The notes: generated by a model not told the origin, from the letters alone. DNA of 64,000 nucleotides from Chara braunii (GCA_003427395.1 BFEA01000016.1:325194-389193), one strand, 5' to 3'; shown: positions 46,522 through 58,535, numbered from the stretch's first letter. Made by a program: numbers and translations.

Positions 46522-47565
46522 NNNNNNNNNNNNNNNNNNNNNNNNNNNNNNNNNNNNNNNNNNNNNNNNNNNNNNNNNNNNNNNNNNNNNNNNNNNNNNN
46601 NNNNNNNNNNNNNNNNNNNNNNNNNNNNNNNNNNNNNNNNNNNNNNNNNNNNNNNNNNNNNNNNNNNNNNNNNNNNNNNNNNNNNNNNNNNNNNNNNNNN
46701 NNNNNNNNNNNNNNNNNNNNNNNNNNNNNNNNNNNNNNNNNNNNNNNNNNNNNNNNNNNNNNNNNNNNNNNNNNNNNNNNNNNNNNNNNNNNNNNNNNNN
46801 NNNNNNNNNNNNNNNNNNNNNNNNNNNNNNNNNNNNNNNNNNNNNNNNNNNNNNNNNNNNNNNNNNNNNNNNNNNNNNNNNNNNNNNNNNNNNNNNNNNN
46901 NNNNNNNNNNNNNNNNNNNNNNNNNNNNNNNNNNNNNNNNNNNNNNNNNNNNNNNNNNNNNNNNNNNNNNNNNNNNNNNNNNNNNNNNNNNNNNNNNNNN
47001 NNNNNNNNNNNNNNNNNNNNNNNNNNNNNNNNNNNNNNNNNNNNNNNNNNNNNNNNNNNNNNNNNNNNNNNNNNNNNNNNNNNNNNNNNNNNNNNNNNNN
47101 NNNNNNNNNNNNNNNNNNNNNNNNNNNNNNNNNNNNNNNNNNNNNNNNNNNNNNNNNNNNNNNNNNNNNNNNNNNNNNNNNNNNNNNNNNNNNNNNNNNN
47201 NNNNNNNNNNNNNNNNNNNNNNNNNNNNNNNNNNNNNNNNNNNNNNNNNNNNNNNNNNNNNNNNNNNNNNNNNNNNNNNNNNNNNNNNNNNNNNNNNNNN
47301 NNNNNNNNNNNNNNNNNNNNNNNNNNNNNNNNNNNNNNNNNNNNNNNNNNNNNNNNNNNNNNNNNNNNNNNNNNNNNNNNNNNNNNNNNNNNNNNNNNNN
47401 NNNNNNNNNNNNNNNNNNNNNNNNNNNNNNNNNNNNNNNNNNNNNNNNNNNNNNNNNNNNNNNNNNNNNNNNNNNNNNNNNNNNNNNNNNNNNNNNNNNN
47501 NNNNNNNNNACGCGGCGCGTATACGGGAAGCGCCGCGTCCGATAGCTGGGCCAGGTACTGGTGGT
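45851..47565. mobile_element. TIR DNA transposon flanked by TTAA
   Basis: 25-bp TIRs with 3 mismatches (ACCACCAGTACCTTGCTCAGATATC / GATAGCTGGGCCAGGTACTGGTGGT) and TTAA on both sides. It contains N-gap 46522-47509. A solo end lies at ~25692. Confidence 0.7.
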
Positions 47566-48628
47566 TTAAAAGAAAAACTCTCAACATAAATAAGTCATGA
47601 TCATGACATATAAACCTACCCCTTAAGCAGCATTGGCCGCGGGGGGGAGGTCGATGGTCCGCTGCGCGCCGGATTTGGGGTCAAAGTTTTGAGGAGGGCC
47701 GGCGGATGAAGGCGATCCAGGGCGGGGGAGTGTGCAGAGGGGCGCTCATACCGAAATGTTCACAGCGCGCCATTAAACGAGTGAGCGCGCCCACGGGGCC
47801 GGGCAGCGGCGGGCGTAGATGTGAGGGAATATCTTGAAGCCGCTGCCGTCGATAAGCGGGCGGCCTTTTCTTCTTTTAGCATTTTCGTTTTTGGCCTGTC
47901 GTTTCCCGCTTTTCGTTTTTGCTTTTCTTTTTGTTTCGTGGTCAGTGTGTCGTTCCTCCTTTTTTTTCCTTATTTTTCCCGCTTTTTGTTTTTTCTTTTC
48001 TTTTTGTTTCCCGGTGGGTGTGTCGTTTTGTCGTTTCGTTTTTTCTTTTCTTTTTGTTTCCCGGTGGGCATGTCGTTTCCCAGTGGGCATGTTGTTTCCC
48101 GCTTTTTGGTTGCAGATGTAGGCCGCACCGGCCGCACCGTGGGTGCTACGCTAGTCTACAATAATAACTTCCATAACAATCTCGAATTACCCGGGGCCAG
48201 TCACCTGTGGATATATCTCAAGACTGCCGCCCTTTGAAAGGAAAAAAAAAAAAAAAAGAAGGGCACACCCACACTCTGACTATCCTTATGATATACTGAC
48301 ACTGAGACCCTCTGGACATACTCACACTGCACCTCGCCTGCCGCCACACGCCTCTGACTTGTGCTCCTAAAGGGAATAGCTGGCCCATGTCATGACCCGC
48401 GGCCGGGCTCAAGAGAAACAGTTGGGGGGGAGGTAAGCTCAGTTTGGCCCGCGGTGCTTTTTTTTGGCGGGGGGGATGCGTTGCACGTGGCCGAAGTTCC
48501 CGAATGTTTGAATACAAGGACATAGCAGTGCACGGTGTCGTTTCAATATTTAGATATATATATACAGCCCCTCGTTTGTTGTCCTCTTCTCCCTCTCTGC
48601 CTACGGTTTACCGGGCAGTTCTATTTGA

Positions 48629-48665
<37 letters not shown>

Positions 48666-48879
48666 CGTTTTTCTCATAGCAGCTCTGTTTGTTGGCAGTA
48701 TCGTCTTTTTGTCTCTTTCCCAGGGGATGAGCTGTGGAAACTGAAAATGGATCTTCTGCTAGAACAAGGAAACTATGCTGCCGTTTTGTTTTTCTCTGCC
48801 GTTTTGTTTTTCTCTGCCGTTTCGTTTTTTCTCTGCCGGTTTGTTTTTCTCTGCCCTTTTGTTTTTCTCGTGGCCCCAG

Positions 48880-50330
48880 GAGAAACCCTAGCATCATCAC
48901 CCTGCCCTACGCCACTCGTTTACCGCTGCATGAATCATTCAACATCGTGAGGAGGGGGGTCTCGCGTTTTACTGATGAGCAGCATTGATTGCCCTCACTC
49001 GAGGGGATTAACTGCTCAACGAAACCCTAGCATCATCACCCTGCCCTGCGCCACTCGTTTACTGCTGCATGAATCATTCAACATCGAGGTGGGGGGGCGG
49101 GAAGTCATAGCAGGCTCTGTGGATTAGCTGCTCAACGAAACCCTAGCATTATCGCCCTGCCCTACTCCACTCATTTACGGCTGCCTGGACCATTCAACTG
49201 CTGTATGAATCATTCAACATCGAGAGGAGGGGGGGGGAGTCATAGCAGGGTCTGTGGATTAGCAAGTCAACGAAACCCTAGCATCATCGCCCTGCCCTAC
49301 TCCACTCATTTACCGCTGCCTGGACCATTCAACATCGTGAGAAGGGGGGGGAAGTCATAGCAGGGCCTGACTTGATCGATAATCCCAGTTAAACCTAGGC
49401 ACAACATATGTAATCTCGCCAATGCGACAGAAGTTCACAAAACAAACAAGGATCTGTGTCTTCCATTCAGCAATCTAAACACAACAACAATCCCGCCGAG
49501 AGGGTAGTAATTAGACAAGGCCTTCAAATCTAGTGAGCGCACCGACACTTACGACATCCACAACAGAAAAAGGGGGGTGGCGAGGCAGGGTTCAATAGAC
49601 ATCCCATATCCTTCTCGCGGCAGCCCAAACCGCCGCATAAACTTTCCCGTCCCCCCCGCTCTCCCATGGGGACAACCCGTTCTCTCCTCGCCCACCGTAC
49701 CTCCTATTCTGTGCGGAAAGCCCAGCCAGTAACCCTCGTCCGCCCTGCGGCCCCAGCACAATTTGGAAGGAACGTGAAAAAATCCCACACCCAGGGGGGA
49801 TCAGGGAGTAGGGCAGGGTTTTGATGCTAGGGTTTCGTTGAGTAGCTAATCCACAGACCCTGCTATGACTCCCCCCCCCCCCTCTCGATGTTGAATGATT
49901 CATGCAGCAGCTGAATGGTCCAGGCAGCGGTAAATGAGTGGAGTAGGGCAGGGCGATGATGCTAGGGTTTCGTTGAGCACCTAATCCACAGACCCTGCTA
50001 TGACTTCCCCTGCCCCCTCTAGATGTTGAATGATTCATGCAGCAGTAAACGAGTGGCGTAGGGCAGGGTGATGATGCTAGGGTTTCGTTGAGCAGTTAAT
50101 CCCCTCGAGTGAGGGCAATCAATGCTGCTCATCAGTAAANNNNNNNNNNNNNNNNNNNNNNNNNNNNNNNNNNNTCATCAGTAAAAAGCGAGACCCCCCC
50201 CTCATGATGTTGAATGATTCATGCAGCGGTAAACGAGTGGCGTAGGGCAGGGTGATGATGCTAGGGTTTTGTTGAGCAGTTAATCCCCTCGAGTGAAAGC
50301 CATCAATGCCGCTCATCAGTAAAAGTGAGA
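48880..50330. repeat. Foldback-like inverted array of telo-box-containing units
   Basis: Four AAACCCTAGCATCATC...GCCCT units on + (48883, 49022, 49138, 49273), a mirror set on - (49805-50330) and a ~460-bp spacer. Confidence 0.85.
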
Positions 50331-50927
50331 CTCTGCGCATATACTACAAATACACGTCTGTTCAAACAAATCATTACAAATGTTCAGGGACGCTGGAACC
50401 GTTTTCCAGCAGGTGTTGCTCCCCACCAATAGATGGAGCCTCGCCAACAGTGCTAGTGGTGTCTGCTTTTATCAGCACCCCTAGCATTAGTTCGGGTTGT
50501 TTTCTATATAAAAAAAAAAAAAACTTTGGAAGGGAAAATTGCATCTGTACCTGTAGAGGGACAGTCGAATGGTACTGAGGTACAGGCGCCTGTGGCGATC
50601 TGTTGCCCAATTCCGATCGTGCCCACACTCGTTCCCGCAGAGCGAGATTGCCGGATGGTTGGAAAAGAGTATGAAGAGAGAGAGGGGAGAGAAAGAGAGT
50701 AATACAACAGACGCCGTTACACCTGGTAGGATCCGCAGCATCACACCACATAGCTCAAGTCAATCGAAACCCTTCGTTATTGATATTTTGATAAAGAGCG
50801 CACCAAGGTGTGCGCCGTGAAGCTCGGAAAAAACATAGTCCAATAGAGATCGCATCAGGGATGAGTCGTGAGGACCTAGACTACTGATGGAGGTTGCAGC
50901 GTCCTTTTACCCCCATCCTGGCGAACT

Positions 50928-50971
50928 GCCCGACTAGTTTCTGCTGGCGCCAGACCAGTGTCGTCAGGGGC
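50928..50971 (-). ncRNA. Minimal type I hammerhead ribozyme (intact core)
   Basis: GCCC-CUGACGA-caCUGG(ucuggcg)CCAGca-GAAA-CUAGUC-GGGC: stem I GCCC/GGGC, palindromic stem III ACUAGU, cleavage triplet GUC. Confidence 0.85.
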
Positions 50972-51095
50972 GAAGAACGAAAGGTGATACCCTTCGTTAT
51001 ACATAGTCCAATAGAGATCACATCAGAGATGCGTCGTGAAGACCTAGACTACTGATGGAGGTTGCAGCGTCCTACTACCCCCATCCTGGCGAACT

Positions 51096-51139
51096 GCCCG
51101 ACTAGTTTCTGCTGGCGCCAGACCAGCGTTGTCAGGGGC
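51096..51139 (-). ncRNA. Minimal type I hammerhead ribozyme (G8A core variant)
   Basis: GCCC-CUGACAA-cGCUGG(ucuggcg)CCAGCa-GAAA-CUAGUC-GGGC. Confidence 0.75.
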
Positions 51140-51427
51140 GAAGAAGGAGTACTCCTACAATCCTGTGCAAAGGCTGTAGTTCCCGCCTAAAATCCGAAAA
51201 CAATCCTGCACCGAGTCCTTTCTCCTTAATACTTTGCTGAGTCATCCGAAACACAACGCACAAAAATAATAATAAAGTAAAAGTAAGAGTAAAATCTAAA
51301 CTCTAAAATCTGCCGTTGTGGGGCACGTGGGCGCATTTCCCCGAGTGTCCAGGTACCTTTCGGCGCCAACCGTTCCTCTTTGCCGTTCAGTTCAAATCCC
51401 GCCATCTGGCCTCCTTGGTCTAGGCCG

Positions 51428-54244
51428 CTACTCGTACCCGTCCCAGTCGCACAAGACCTCGATCCATTTTCGCCACACGTTGTCCTTTCGTTTTGAAAAA
51501 TTCTTGAGCCCGTTGTCGAAGGTGCGGGCGGGAAATCCTCTTTTTCGTAATTCAATTTTCAATCCGAGAAGGGTGGGTCCCGCCGTGGATTTGTCGAGGG
51601 TGTGGTCCCAAATTCTGCTTAGACACCTCGTGATAACCGCCCTCTTCGTGCTGCTGGCGGTGTATGATCCGTAATCCTGCAGTCCCTGGAACACTAGTGG
51701 ACCTCCTTTGAGCAGACTTGGTTCATTAGCCATATTGGCTGTGCAGGTCACCTCTGGTGGGTACATCTTTACCTTCATGGTACACCCCAGGAATGTCCAT
51801 GTGGCTGCGGCTTCGTCCGTTCTGACCAGCATCAGATCTTCGTGGTAGCATCGCTGGAACCGGTGCATAATCTCGGTGGCTTTGGCTAAGCTCTGCTCTT
51901 GGTTGATTCTAAAACTTACGAAAAGTGAAACGTCGTTGACCAGTCTGCATCCTCGTACCAGTCTACGATCCTTCCCTAGCGAAGACAAAAAGCTGCATTC
52001 GTAGAATGCGCACAGCAAGCAGGCGATTGCAGGGCTGCTGCTCTTTCCCATAGGAATACCAACTACTTGTTGCAATCGTCTGCCTGCAACAGTTATGGAC
52101 GTGTGACCTAGGTCGTATTGGACAAATTTTGCAATGTCTCTTAGGGATACAGATTGCCATCCTACCTCTCCAGCCGCCTTTCCAAAAGTCTCACCTTTCC
52201 CTTTGACTTTGACTCTAACCCGGTTCAGTCCCTCATTCTCATAAAAATCTACGACCCAGTGTATCGCCGGCATAATTACCTTGTGGGGGAGTTTCGAAAA
52301 CATGTCCTTGATGTTGAAACTTGCTGCCAACACTCCCCACTGCTCCCCTTTCGATACTAACTTGTTCGTGGTCTCCACTGCTTCCAGTGACTGTCGTGTA
52401 CTCTTCAAGTTGAAATTCGAGTGCTTAGGTAGGGTCCACAAAGAGATGGTTAATTGCCTTGCCCGTTAGTTTGCTCATTCGCTCGCTCGGCTCGCTGTGG
52501 GACGGACAGATCGGTCTCCATCTCGTCATGTCTTTGTGTTTCGGGATAACATATTCCCCGTGGTCGTTCCACTTTGCGATGCGATGGTATCCGTCCTTGT
52601 AATATCCTTCCTTGCATCTGGTGATGATTGTACCTTCCTCTTCGTTGATATTCTTGAAACCTTCGTTGTGGACGAACATAGTCTCGATGGCGGTCCCGTA
52701 GGTTCTTGGGCAGCATACCATTGTATTGTCGTGGTTGTGATCTACGGGCATGATCGCCATTCCCCGCAGTCTCTTCTTCATGTCGGTCATGTCGCAGATG
52801 TGAATCTCCTGTGCTGTCTTGTTTTCTTTCCAACACTTGGTCATCTCCTTTCCTCTGCAGGGGAGTGACAAGTGAAAGAAAGCTTCGAAAGCATCGTTCA
52901 GTTGTGTTGTCAGCCGGCGTCCATCTGGTTCCCTTGGCACCGGGATGTTTCTAGAATTTTTCATAAGTTGCGGAACCTCGTCCAGTTCGGAAAAACGGAA
53001 ACTAATGTGCCCTTCGCCGTTCTTCGGGAAAGTAGTATGTTGACACGGGCAGTGATACTCGTTCAGTGCCGCCCTCGCCATCGTGCGATGGTTGTGAAGC
53101 ATTTGCCCGATTGTCTTTGGCCCGGTCCATACCAATCTCATACATCTGCAGATAAATCCAGCGACCGTTGGATTGCCGCAAATCCGTCTGACTTTCTCCT
53201 TGCAATACTTACTTACTTCGTGCATCCTTATGCCTTCCTCATATCCAATCCTAAGTACCATTCTTCTCCTGATATTAATCCTAAACTTCGACCTGATCGT
53301 TCGTGTCAAAATTCCCCGTAGGATAGCACGATCCCTCTTTACCTGAAATAATCTAACACCGTAGTATAATCGGACGAGCTTATCTACAGAGAAACTCCAG
53401 TCGTATAGTGTTATACGGTAAATGGGGATGCGCAATAGCGTGGTCAACAGTTCAAATCCTCCCTTGTTCTGTCAATGTGCTATTCTGAGGATATCGCAGG
53501 TAAGACCCCGTACGTCTCTAAGCTTGATATCTCTCAGGAATTTCGTACAGTCGCCTGCCCGGACCTCGGAGAACCTGAAAACCCGTTTTATGACGGACCA
53601 CTTTTCGCACCAGCGGTTCCCTTTCCCAAACCTGATCCATCCCTTGCCTCCGCTGTCTCGAATCTGCTGCAGTACTCCTGATACTGAGAAAAATATTTTA
53701 TTCTTAAACTGTAGGCTCATAGGTGCAGCTACCTCCCTTTCCTTCGTGTCGGAGCGTACTTCCCTTCTCTCTCTCCTGCCTCTCCGAATCTTTTTACCAG
53801 TCCCGGGCAACAACTTCTAATGTAGAACTGTTCCACCGTCATTAACTCGTGTTTGTCGCATACGGCTACCGGCATGGCCACGTAGTCCCGCCATCCTTTC
53901 TTGTGTAGCCATCGGTGTACCTCGTATTTCTGTCTCCCGAATGTTGTCTCGGCAGTGCGCGTATGCTCATCCCATCGCTCATTCAATGCTCTTCCTGTTT
54001 GTCCGATGTATACTGCTCGGTAGTACGGTGATACAAGCGCGTAAACGTAGCATTCTGGATTCCGGAACCAGTCGCGATCATGTTTCTGCCATCCGGACGT
54101 GTTGTTGGAGAACTTGTGGAACCAAGATATGTGAGACGATTTTGCCAGCTCGATGATTCTCGTCCTCAACTTGTACTCGATCTTTGTCCTCTCTTCTCCG
54201 TTGCCGTTCTTCCACTTCGGGTCTCTGCTCTCCTTCCGAAACAA
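51428..54244 (-). pseudogene. PLE ORF2: GIY-YIG endonuclease plus reverse transcriptase
   Basis: GIY-YIG: CYVYALVSPYYRAVYIGQTGRALNERWDEH...EQFYI. Linker: HNHR...CPCQ...GH. RT: YVIPKHKDMTRWRPI, FNIKDMFSKL, QVVGIPMGKSSSPAIACL and RLVNDV (degenerate RYVDD). Two frameshifts and one stop. Confidence 0.9.
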
Positions 54245-54278
54245 CGTCCAAATGTGCGAAAGGTCCCGTCCCTCGTCA

Positions 54279-55641
54279 TCATTCGTTCTCTTTATTTGCG
54301 TTGGCCTCCGGATTTACTTGTTCGTTAATTCTCACGGGGTCGGCACACGACCGATTGTCGTAAGCATTGATCACTCGTTGTTCGGCCAGTGCGTCGATCA
54401 TATCTTCTTTGCGCCAGCTTGTGGGCTTCAGTTTTTCGTCCTTGCACATCTTTTCTAGTTGCTTCACGTTCTTGTTTCTCATATGTCTCCTTGTGTCCTC
54501 CAGGTATTGAAGTCGGCCTTCCGGTGCTGGTGCTGCAACTGCAGCCTTTCTTCCCGGTATGATGCGGTCGAACCCGAGGGGTTTCGTGCCTTGGCTCTCT
54601 TCAGCAGATGCTCATGCCCTGAAGGTTCTTCGTCGAACCGGCTCCGTCTGTGTGAAGATTCGGTCGAGTTCCCTTCCCTCTGGGGCAGGGGTTCTTGGTT
54701 CTGGTCTGGATGTTGACGGGGTAGCAGCTGCTGGTGCTTGGGCTGCCTTCAGTTTGGCAATTTCCGCCTTCCTTGCCTCTATCTGCTCCTGGCACTGCTT
54801 CTTCATCTTCTTGAGTTCGGCATGGAGGTTTTCTTCAGTGGTGGTGGGTCTCTCTACGCGTTGCTTCTCCTGCGGTGGTCCTTCCTTGTCTTTCGTTCGT
54901 CGCTTCCTTCCCTCTCTTCCTCCGGCTCGTTTCTATCTCTGCTTCGCGCAGTAATAGTACGTCTCTTCTTATGTCTTCTACTATGATCGGGTTTCCTATT
55001 GTGTCGATCTTCAATTTGCCAATTGCTTCTTTGAACATCTTGTTCTTCTCTGCGAGTTGCTCAATGATCACTTGGTATCCAGTGTCCTTCTTGTCCAGTT
55101 TGTTGTTGATAAGGAGGGCGAAACAGGCTTCTCTTTCCTGGGTCTTCTGTACTTTCTCCCCTTCGCGTTTGTCTCGTTCCTCTTTAGCCAGTGCTTTCTC
55201 GATCTCTCGTTTCCTCCTTTGTTTGTCTTCCCTCCGTCTTTCGATCTCGAGTCCTTTTTCTTCCTTGAACGTTGAGCAGAACTCCTTCATCATTAGTACG
55301 GCGTCGGCTATGTCCTTGTTGGATGCGAGGTTGTCTTGGTGGTTGTTGTAGTAGTGGTTGTAGCCTCCTCGGTTGTCGTAGCCGCCTCGATAGCCGTACT
55401 GGTTTGAAGAGCCGCCGTATGTCCGGACTGCGCCGGGTCCTTGAACTGTTACAAGCTGTTTGTCGCCGTTGGTGGTCTGTGAAGTCGAGGCCGCACTGTG
55501 TCCGCTTGATTCTCTTCTTGGTTGGTATCTTCTCGGTTTGATGCAGCCTCGGGATAGGTGTCCCGGTTCGTCGCAATTGTAACACCTCGGAATGTCTCCT
55601 CCGTTGCCTCCGGCTCCAGCTCCGCCTCCAGCATCCGCCAT
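54279..55641 (-). pseudogene. PLE ORF1: CCHC zinc knuckle, coiled coil and SAP-like C-terminus
   Basis: CYNCDEPGHLSRGC, an E/K/R-rich helix, and QLEKMCKDEKLKPTSWRKEDMIDALAEQR; one frameshift and one internal TGA. Confidence 0.75.
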
Positions 55642-55682
55642 AGTGTATGTACACACCAATCGAGGGCGTTCAACTTTGCATA

Positions 55683-56165
55683 GTACCCCACTTAAAGATG
55701 GGAATACCCGCTATACTCAGTTCCAGGCTGAACTTGCATCTATACCCGGAGGGCGTTCAACTTTGCATAGTACATACTACACAGCTTTCCCCGTGTGCAA
55801 AATTGTAGGTGTACCCAATTCCGCAGGCCCTGGATTCGGAGCGCGAAATTATGCTCATGCCCACGAAGTAGACCGTTGGGGCCCAACGGCTGCTGGGTAT
55901 GAACATAATTTCAGCCATCCCGTAGCAGGGCATATGAGCAATTTGCCTCTCCTCCTCAGGTCCCGGGTATGCCCATAATTTTGCCTGGGTATGTCCATAA
56001 TTTGTGCATTCCGGTAATTGGTTATAACTGCAATTTTGCCGTACTAACCTGGGTCCACCTCGGGCCTGGGCATGCAGAAATTTTCCACCAGCCGTTTTCT
56101 GGGTATAGACACCAGTTGGCGCTGAGACTGGGAATAGCCAGTATTCCCATCTTTAAGTGGGGTAC
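55683..56165. mobile_element. MITE-like inverted-repeat element
   Basis: GTACCCCACTTAAAGATGGGAATAC... and ...GTATTCCCATCTTTAAGTGGGGTAC form imperfect inverted repeats of ~65 bp. Confidence 0.7.
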
Positions 56166-56397
56166 AGATGCAATCTTCCCACTCTGGAAAGGCTGCGTTG
56201 GTGGCATTTCTTCTGTTTGTCTGTCGCCAGGGGCATGAGCTGTGGAAGGGCTTCGCAACACTGCTCTCCAAACGGGCTAAATGAGACTCAATTGTCCACT
56301 AGAACATGTAAAGATACATTGCCAAATGTTTTGTCCTTCACATACAAGTGCAGCGAGGCTGGAAAGCCAAAAAGCGAAAACGAATCGTCTGGCCATC

Positions 56398-56850
56398 GGG
56401 CCTAGCTCAGTTGGTAAGGCACACAAGTTGCATTCAGGAGGTCATGGGTTCAATCCCCATTGCCCTCACGTACGTGCCTGGGTATGCTTGGTGTTCTACC
56501 AGCTAGAGTGACCTGTTGGCCATCCAAGCCAGCATTGGCAGGACCTTGGTCAATATTGTTGGTTGCTATGCAGCAATGATATTGGCCATTAGACACCGCT
56601 AATGTGGGGTTGGAGGGGGTAGGGGGAGATGCGAGTGACTGGCCAAAGATGCTCGGGTGGCACTAGCATGGCCGGTTTCCCCCGTCGGCAATGCCTGATC
56701 ACCCCCCATCATCCTGATGAGGGGCTGATACAAGCCTTGCTCTCGCACCACTGCTGCGGTGCCAACCTGCCCCGTGGGTTGCTGGCGAGAGTTCCAGGCT
56801 TGGTTGGTGTTCCCCCCTACTACACATAGAGTAGTGAGAGGATGAGATAG
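56398..56850 (+). mobile_element. tRNA-derived SINE (Ala-TGC-like head)
   Basis: Head GGGCCTAGCTCAGTTGGTAAGGCAC...TTGCATT...GGGTTCAATCCCC plus a ~380-bp body shared with the inverted copy. Confidence 0.75.
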
Positions 56851-57544
56851 ATGAGGAAACTGAATTAATTTTCCTTTTCCTCAGTTATGTCAGTTTTATT
56901 TCAGTTTTATCCGATTCATCGGATTTTTCAGATATCCTTCAAATATTCTCAAGTATTTCAAATATTCTCAAAGGATAGTGCGGTAGTGTGATCTGGAAGG
57001 TGAGACAGGGACCGCTGGTCCCCCCCAGTGGCCCTGCAGGGCCCCAGCCCAAGGCTTTGGTTTGGAAAATACAGGATAGTTAGCAAAGGGACACTGGACC
57101 CGGTTTCCAGCACGCTATCTCATGTTTCCTTATGGTCCTTTTCCAAATGTAAGGGACGCTGGACCCGGTTTCCAGCAAGTGCTGCTCCCCACCAATGGAT
57201 GGAGCCTTCTTTTTTCAAAAATTAAAAAAAAAAAGAGATAGATGAGGAAAAATATATATAAAGAAGATTGAGAGAAGAATATAGATTAGTTTATAAAAAA
57301 AAAAGTGTCTGAATCTGGATGTGTTCCACACAGAGATGCAGAAACAGAGATTAATCACAGTTTTCTGCACCTCTCCACAAACACATCCAGATTCACACTC
57401 TTATTCCAATCCTCTTTGCCAGTGGGATCTGGCCCTGAATCCTCCCCTAGAACATGGAAAGATACATCGCCAAATGTTCTTTTTTTCTCTTCAAAAAGTA
57501 AGCTACATTCTTCTCTCATCTATCTCATCTTCTTGGTAGTATGC

Positions 57545-57985
57545 GATCTCATCCTCTCGCTAGTCTATGTATAGTACGGGGGAACACCAACCAATCTGGA
57601 TCTCTCCCTAGCCCACGGGGTAGGTTGGCACCACAGCAGTGGTGCAAGAGCAAGGCTGTACCAGTCCTTTGTCAGTAGCAGTGATGAGGGGTGGGCAGGC
57701 ATTGCTGAGGGGGGCGGTGCTAGCGCCGAGCAATGGCCAGACCAGTCACTGCACCTCCCCCTAGCCCCCCCACAACCCCACATGGCGATGTCTAACGGCC
57801 AATATTCTGGCTACATAGCAACCAACAACATCAGCCAAGGTCCTGCCAATGCTGGCTTGGGGCCCAACGGGTTATCTCTCGCTGTTGGAACACCAAACTT
57901 ACCCAGGCACGGTACATGAGGGCAGTGGGGATTGAACCCATGACCTCCTCAATGCAACTTCTGTGCCTTACCAGCTGAGATAGGC
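57545..57985 (-). mobile_element. tRNA-derived SINE, inverted copy
   Basis: The reverse complement is colinear with 56398-56850. Confidence 0.75.
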
Positions 57986-57986
57986 T

Positions 57987-58535
57987 CTGCTGGAACAAGG
58001 AAAAGTACATCACCACTTATTTATCTCTGTCTTTTGTGCATGCGGTGAGTGGTGGAGAGAGGCCCTGAGGTTCCTTGTTCTGGCAGCGGATTCGTTTCAT
58101 GTGGTGAGTCATGGAGCGAGGCCCTAATCTTCCCATGTTCTGGGGGCGGATGAGGCCCTGATCTTCCCATGTTCTGGCGGCGGACTCATTCTCCCTTCAC
58201 GGCCGGCAGACTGCTGGTGGCAAACGCCGGATATTCATGCATGTGGATAGTAGTGCAGCGAGGCCCGAAATAAAAAATGAATCTTCTGCTGGAACAAGGA
58301 AAAGTACATCACAACTTATTTATTTTTTGTCTTTTGTGCATGCGGTGAGTGGTGGAGAGAGGCCCTGAGGTTCCTTTTTCTGGCAGCCAATTCGTTTCAT
58401 GTGGTGAGTAGTGGAGCAAGGCCCTAACCTTCCCATGTTCTGGGGGCAGATGAGGCCCTAATCTTCCCATGTTCTGGCGGTGGACTCGTTCTCCCTTCAC
58501 GGCTGGCAGACTGTTGGTGGCAAACACGGGATAGT
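57987..58535. repeat. ~299-bp tandem duplication with internal subrepeats
   Basis: CTGCTGGAACAAGGAAAAGTACATCAC occurs at 57987 and 58286. Confidence 0.85.

Larger units (their letters stand above)
50833..51145. repeat. 168-bp tandem repeat at the PLE 3' end
   Basis: ACATAGTCCAATAGAGATC... occurs at 50833 and 51001. Confidence 0.9.
50769..55660 (-). mobile_element. Penelope-like retroelement, Chlamys/Naiad type (N-terminal GIY-YIG), decayed
   Basis: ORF1 55641-54279; ORF2 ~54244-51428 in the order GIY-YIG, linker, PLE-type RT; the 3' tandem repeat carries hammerheads. Confidence 0.9.

Noticed and set aside
48955-49030. Possible type III hammerhead in the foldback unit (GGGTC...CTGATGA...CGAAACCC)
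   Set aside because: Stem III could form, but stem I cannot, and stem II is out of register with GAAA by ~5 nt.
53472-53474. In-frame TGA in PLE ORF2 as selenocysteine (as in some Naiads)
   Set aside because: The element has other frameshifts and stops, no SECIS was recognised, and CGA-to-TGA decay is the simpler explanation.
56398-56470. Functional tRNA-Ala gene
   Set aside because: The acceptor and anticodon stems do not pair properly, and the head is attached to a repeated SINE body.
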